DNA of 63,090 nucleotides, counting the filler. It is 5 parts of 5 records of this genome, joined end to end, with 100 filler letters (N's around TTAATTAATTAA, not from the genome) between each part and the next. Parts side by side here need not be neighbours in the genome. Positions count along the whole stretch, not along the records: positions 55,753 to 63,090 come from SRR31156797_10683; 4 more parts are not named here. The stretch is one strand, 5' to 3'. Shown piece by piece: positions 60,840 through 63,090 of this stretch (the first letter of the stretch is position 1; the number at the start of each line of letters is the position of its first letter). The notes below the pieces were generated by a model. That model did no database searches. It saw only the letters and a list, made by a program, of their open reading frames with translations, and was not told where the DNA came from. The translations under genes were made by a program, and so were the position numbers.

Positions 60840-62204
60840 ATGAACTTTAGAGAGGAACAAGATAGCTTTGGAACAATAAATATAAGTAAAGATATGCTTT
60901 GGGGAGCACAAACACAAAGAAGTCTTCAAAACTTTTCTATAGGAATTGAAAAGATCCCTATGGAATTGATATATGCATATGCTACTATTAAAAAAAGTGC
61001 AGCTATTGTTAATAATGAGTTTCAAAAGTTGAGTAATGAAAAGACAAACTTGATCGTACAGGTTTGTGATGAGATCAGAGATAAAAAACTTGATCAACAC
61101 TTTCCTTTATATGTTTGGCAAACAGGTAGTGGAACCCATACTAATATGAATCTAAATGAAGTGATTTCAAATAGAGCTAGACAACTTAATCCAAATATTA
61201 GCATCCATCCAAATGATGAGGTGAATATGGGACAAAGTTCTAATGATACTTTTCCTACTGCTATGAAAATAGCGTCGTGTTTAAAACTTTCTCAAATATT
61301 GATTCCTACTTTATATAGATTACAAGAGACCTTAGAGCTTAAACAAAAAGAGTTTCAGGGGATCATAAAAGTAGGACGAACCCATCTTCAAGATGCTACA
61401 CCTTTATATTTAAGTGATGAAATAGGGGGATATAAAGGGATGATTGAGCATTCTATCTCTTCTATACAAAAAGCACTAGAAAATTTAAAAGAGCTTCCTC
61501 TAGGTGGAACAGCCGTAGGTTCAGGGATCAATACAGAAAAAGAGTTTGGTGCAAAAGTGGTTGAAAATTTAAATCAAGAGCTAGATTTTGATTTTGTTGA
61601 ACTTCAAAATAAATTTTATGGTTTAACGTCCCATGATAGTGAAGTATTTTTAAGTGGGGCTTTGAGTGCTTTAGCATCAAATCTATTAAAGATGATAAAT
61701 GATATCAGATTATTAGGAAGTGGTCCAATGTGTGGATTGGGAGAGTTTATTCTTCCAACAAATGAGCCAGGAAGCTCTATTATGCCAGGAAAAGTGAACC
61801 CTACACAAATTGAAGCATTAAGTATGATCTGTCTTCAAGTATTAGGAAATCATACAACGATCTCAATGGCTGCAAGCCAAGGAAATTTTGAACTTAATGT
61901 ATATAAACCAGTGATCATTTATAATCTTCTTCAATCGATCACATTATTGGCTGAGGGAATAGATTCTTTTACAAAAAGAACTTTACAAGGGCTAGGGGCT
62001 AATAGAAATGTGATTGAAAATAACTTACAAAAAAATCTTATGCTTGTAACAAACCTTAATCCTATAATAGGGTATGATAATGCTACTAAAATTGCAAAAT
62101 ATGCATTAAAAAACAATAGTACATTAAGAGAATCAGCAATTAAATTAGAGATTTTATCTGGAGAGGATTTTGATAAATATATGTGTATCGATAGTATGAT
62201 TTGA
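60840..62204 (+). CDS. fumC: Class II fumarate hydratase
   Basis: WGAQTQRS, WQTGSGT, QSSNDTFPTAM, GRTHLQDATP, GSSIMPGKVNP. Confidence 0.96.
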   Translation: MNFREEQDSFGTINISKDMLWGAQTQRSLQNFSIGIEKIPMELIYAYATIKKSAAIVNNEFQKLSNEKTNLIVQVCDEIRDKKLDQHFPLYVWQTGSGTHTNMNLNEVISNRARQLNPNISIHPNDEVNMGQSSNDTFPTAMKIASCLKLSQILIPTLYRLQETLELKQKEFQGIIKVGRTHLQDATPLYLSDEIGGYKGMIEHSISSIQKALENLKELPLGGTAVGSGINTEKEFGAKVVENLNQELDFDFVELQNKFYGLTSHDSEVFLSGALSALASNLLKMINDIRLLGSGPMCGLGEFILPTNEPGSSIMPGKVNPTQIEALSMICLQVLGNHTTISMAASQGNFELNVYKPVIIYNLLQSITLLAEGIDSFTKRTLQGLGANRNVIENNLQKNLMLVTNLNPIIGYDNATKIAKYALKNNSTLRESAIKLEILSGEDFDKYMCIDSMI

Positions 62205-62307
62205 ATTTTTAAAGATTAAAACTGTTCCTCCTTAAGTTTATAACAACTAGTACCGAATCACTCTGGTTTTTACTCTGTCCTTGGACACTGACTTCCATTT
62301 ATATCCT

Positions 62308-62433
62308 TTAAAATACATTAATTAAAGAGGCTACAAGTGCAAAAGAGGCTACGATTATTGCAGACTCTACTAATATGATTATATTGTAGTCTTTTTTATT
62401 TTGTTTATATTGATCTATGATTTTATTTTTCAT
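62308..62433 (-). CDS. 41-aa small membrane peptide (type I toxin-like candidate)
   Basis: My translation MKNKIIDQYKQNKKDYNIIILVESAIIVASFALVASLINVF*; SD TAAGGAG 5 nt before the ATG; not in the ORF track. Confidence 0.6.
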   Translation of the reverse strand: MKNKIIDQYKQNKKDYNIIILVESAIIVASFALVASLINVF

Positions 62434-62540
62434 TTTAACTCCTTAAATAGATTAAGGAGGAACAATTTCAGGAGTATAGTATCAAAGATTATTTAATTTT
62501 GTAATATATTCCATATTCAAATAATTTTTTTAAAAGTTTT

Positions 62541-63089
62541 TTAAGAGTGACCTTTGAGCTGTCTTTCTATTTTTCTTCTCTCAACCCCTTTATAATTTGG
62601 ATCAATTAGTTGTTTTCTAATCTTAATATCATGTTTCCCCTCAAAGTTTTTTCCACAAGCATCATTTACAATCTTTTGTGCAATATCACTTGCTTGTTGA
62701 GCGATAATATTGGTCTCTTGGGCTATTTGCGCATTTTTATTAGTCGCTTCATCAATATGGGTGATAGCTGAATTTATCTGTGAAACTTTTTGTTGTTGGA
62801 TACTTGTATCATGTGATACAGATTCGATCAATTCAGTTGTAGAACTGATACTATTATTTAAAGTTTCGTACCCTTTGATCATCTGGGTTGCTATTTGATT
62901 TCCTTGATGTGCATGGGCTGTGGCATTTTCTACTAAGGTTTTTATTTCATTGGCTGCTTCTGCAGATCTACTTGCTAGGTTTCTAACTTCCTGTGCAACT
63001 ACTGCAAACCCTTTCCCTGCTTCTCCTGCAGTTGCCGCTTCCACTGCTGCATTAAGTGATAGGATATTTGTTTGGAATGCAATTTGATC
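62541..63089 (-). CDS. Methyl-accepting chemotaxis protein, C-terminal part (runs off the window)
   Basis: [44 protein letters not shown]. Confidence 0.95.
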   Translation of the reverse strand, partial: DQIAFQTNILSLNAAVEAATAGEAGKGFAVVAQEVRNLASRSAEAANEIKTLVENATAHAHQGNQIATQMIKGYETLNNSISSTTELIESVSHDTSIQQQKVSQINSAITHIDEATNKNAQIAQETNIIAQQASDIAQKIVNDACGKNFEGKHDIKIRKQLIDPNYKGVERRKIERQLKGHS

Positions 63090-63090
63090 A

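Overview
This window is not one continuous locus. It is five contigs joined by artificial 100-bp linkers (N44-TTAATTAATTAA-N44) at 5965-6064, 16055-16154, 42966-43065 and 55653-55752. Contigs A-D look like Bacteroidota (Marinilabiliales-like): they carry SusC/SusD, OmpA proteins, a GEVED protein and TAnnTTTG promoters, and mostly lack SD motifs. Contig E looks like Campylobacterota: it is more AT-rich, has strong SD motifs and TATAAT promoters, and encodes a PglG-like protein and an MCP. A: PadR-PspC-DUF4252 cluster and a large GEVED surface-protein gene broken by one in-frame TAG. B: SMI1/KNR4, DsrE, exonuclease, udk, CE2 esterase, SF1 helicase-nuclease and two OmpA paralogs. C: polyprenyl synthase, polA, an ECF/FecR SusC/D PUL, GH26, GH53, a TonB receptor and a 160-bp MITE-like element. 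D: housekeeping genes (K+ channel, comM-like, ppa, ZnuABC-like, ispD). E: htpX-like, pglG-like, aat-like, fumC and an MCP. The most interesting signals are non-coding or below the ORF-track cutoff, all in contig E. (1) A ~245-nt minus-strand unit (62466->62220) with pairing 5'/3' ends, an SD-sequestering hairpin and a 41-aa hydrophobic peptide, resembling a type I toxin-antitoxin mRNA. (2) A near-perfect CIRCE operator ahead of a short structured transcript with a strong SD and an ATG-TTA-TAA mini-ORF. (3) An adjacent ~75-nt sRNA candidate. All family assignments come from motif recognition only; no searches were run.
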